From: Marmoricola sp.
Lineage (GTDB): Bacteria; Actinomycetota; Actinomycetes; Propionibacteriales; Nocardioidaceae
Length of the DNA stretch: 60,459 bases
Assembly (NCBI GenBank): GCA_045806765.1
Contig: JBJMIO010000053.1
Span: forward strand, 1 to 60,459
Direction of reading: 5' to 3'
In this document: piece by piece, positions 58,963 through 60,459 of the stretch
Numbering within the stretch: position 1 is the first letter of the stretch
Layout: the number at the start of each line of letters is the position of its first letter
Notes under the pieces: generated by a model
Database searches by the model: none
What the model saw: only the letters and a program-made list of their open reading frames with translations
What the model was told of the DNA's origin: nothing
Program-made: the position numbers and the translations under genes

Positions 58963-60459
58963 TCAGTGGCTGCGCACGATCGGGCCGCAGGTGTAGCCGC
59001 CCCCGTAGTCGTGCCAGGTCCCGCCGCGCAGCTGGACGAAGCGCCAGCAGGTCGCGGGCTTCTTGCCGCCGACGTCCATCGCCGGGTGCAGGCCGTTGGC
59101 CGTCCAGGCGTGCACCGACCGCAGCGCGGCGTTCATCGAGGCACGGCTGAGGTGCCCGCCGAGCCGGACCATCTGCTGGACCGCCAACCGCGTCGCCGAC
59201 CAGGCGAAGAGCCCGAAGTAGGTCATCCGCGCGCCCGGGGAGACCTGCTGGAGCCAGCGCGCGTAGAGCTGCATCTCGGGACTGCGCGCGACGTCCTCGA
59301 GGGGCAGGAAGTCGATGTAGAGGATGGTGCCGTCCACGGCCGTGCCGGCCCCGGCGTAGGTCTGGTCGTAGATCGCCGAGTTGACCCACAGCTGCGGGTG
59401 GAAGTCGGACTGGGCCATGGCCTGGGCCAGGCTGACGGCCATGTTGGTGGCACCGAAGAACTGGACGAGCTGCACGCCCTTCTTCTTCATCGCCTGGGCG
59501 AACGGCGCGAAGTTGAACTCCGCGACGTCGAACTTCGCGGTGTAGGTGAACCTCCAGCCGAGCTTGGTCTGCGCCTTCACCGTGTCCTCCGCATTGGTGA
59601 CCGACGCGGCCTCGTTGACGTAGAGCATCGCCGCGTTCTGGGCTTGGTTGCGGTGGTGCTGGAGCCAGTAGACCGGTGGCGCGGAGCTGAACAGACCGTT
59701 GCCGGAGCTCTCGGTGGCGAAGCACGTCGTGCAGGAGGTGCGCGCCTCGTTGGCCTGCACGGCGCGGAGGTCGGGGATGCCGCAGCGCTGGGTCGTGGCG
59801 GCGCCGCCGCTGTCGAAGGCCGACATCGAGCCGACCCCCATGAACGCCTGCTCGCACGCCTTCTGCCACGCGGTGTTGTCCCCGCTCGCATCGGTCCGGC
59901 TGTCCAGCGGGAGGAGCGTCAGCGTGCGACCGCAGATCCTCGCGGTGGAGTTGAAGTACTGCACGTAGGCCTTGGCTGCGAGCTGGGCGGAGGAGAAGAT
60001 CCCTGGCACCGGTCCGCTGATGTCGGCGACGTTGGCAAGGGTGATGGTGGAGTCGGAGATCCCGGTCTGGTTGCGGAAGCCCGTGCAGGACCCGGCGCTC
60101 GACCCGGGACCCGGGGCGCCGGCGCGGCCCTTGTCTCCCCCACCTGTGCTGGTGTGCGTGCGGCCGGGGTCCGGCCCGAGGACCTGGGTCACGCCCGTGG
60201 ACGTGCTGGGAGCATCCGTGCTCACCTGCTGCCCGGTGCCCGGGTCGATCACCGAGCCGGTCGGCGGATCGACCGCAGGCGACCCGGGAGTCGCGCTCGT
60301 GGCGACCTGGCCCGCGGCCTCCCTGTTCGCGAGCGCGACGTCGCGGGCGTTCATCGCCGAGCCGCCGCAGGCGGTGAGCAGCAGGCAGGAAGCGGCGCCG
60401 AGGGTGGCGAGCTGCGCCCAGCGGGCGGCTCGAGCGGCCGGTCCGGCACGGCGACCCGC
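58963..60459 (-). CDS. Type-I periplasmic-fold (LIV-like) ABC solute-binding lipoprotein, start outside the window
   Basis: Frame stays open past the track start and includes lipobox LTACGG; long Pro/Thr/Gly linker; TGISDSTITL...DISGPVPG...ICGR.L. Confidence 0.85.
   Translation of the reverse strand, partial: AGRRAGPAARAARWAQLATLGAASCLLLTACGGSAMNARDVALANREAAGQVATSATPGSPAVDPPTGSVIDPGTGQQVSTDAPSTSTGVTQVLGPDPGRTHTSTGGGDKGRAGAPGPGSSAGSCTGFRNQTGISDSTITLANVADISGPVPGIFSSAQLAAKAYVQYFNSTARICGRTLTLLPLDSRTDASGDNTAWQKACEQAFMGVGSMSAFDSGGAATTQRCGIPDLRAVQANEARTSCTTCFATESSGNGLFSSAPPVYWLQHHRNQAQNAAMLYVNEAASVTNAEDTVKAQTKLGWRFTYTAKFDVAEFNFAPFAQAMKKKGVQLVQFFGATNMAVSLAQAMAQSDFHPQLWVNSAIYDQTYAGAGTAVDGTILYIDFLPLEDVARSPEMQLYARWLQQVSPGARMTYFGLFAWSATRLAVQQMVRLGGHLSRASMNAALRSVHAWTANGLHPAMDVGGKKPATCWRFVQLRGGTWHDYGGGYTCGPIVRSH

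Overview
High-GC actinobacterial chromosome segment; gene content, F420 genes and REP styles suggest Nocardioidaceae (inference). It runs from recA (partial, with a LexA box and a PafBC-type promoter) through an accessory region to lhr-nei, a PspC two-component cluster, a MerR-linked acyl-CoA operon, MMPL and ABC exporters, an F420 LLM gene with fbiC, a ROK-linked sugar ABC importer, an LTA-synthase-family gene, a P450 and a partial ABC solute-binding protein. The standout is a 12 kb minus-strand cluster (6255-18304). In it pstC-pstA and pstB bracket three PstS-fold proteins with altered phosphate-binding motifs, a sortase-fold protein lacking its catalytic His/Cys/Arg, and two exported proteins sharing an unnamed ~140 aa domain, one fused to Ig repeats. 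There is no phoU and no clear PHO box, so this may be a repurposed Pst-type ABC and cell-surface assembly system (inference). Also seen: a MIRU-like coupling mini-ORF between pstC and pstA, a REP-like hairpin in frame inside lhr, and shared operator motifs predicting small regulons. No rRNA, tRNA, CRISPR, integrase or transposase was recognised. All family assignments are from motif recognition by eye, not database searches.
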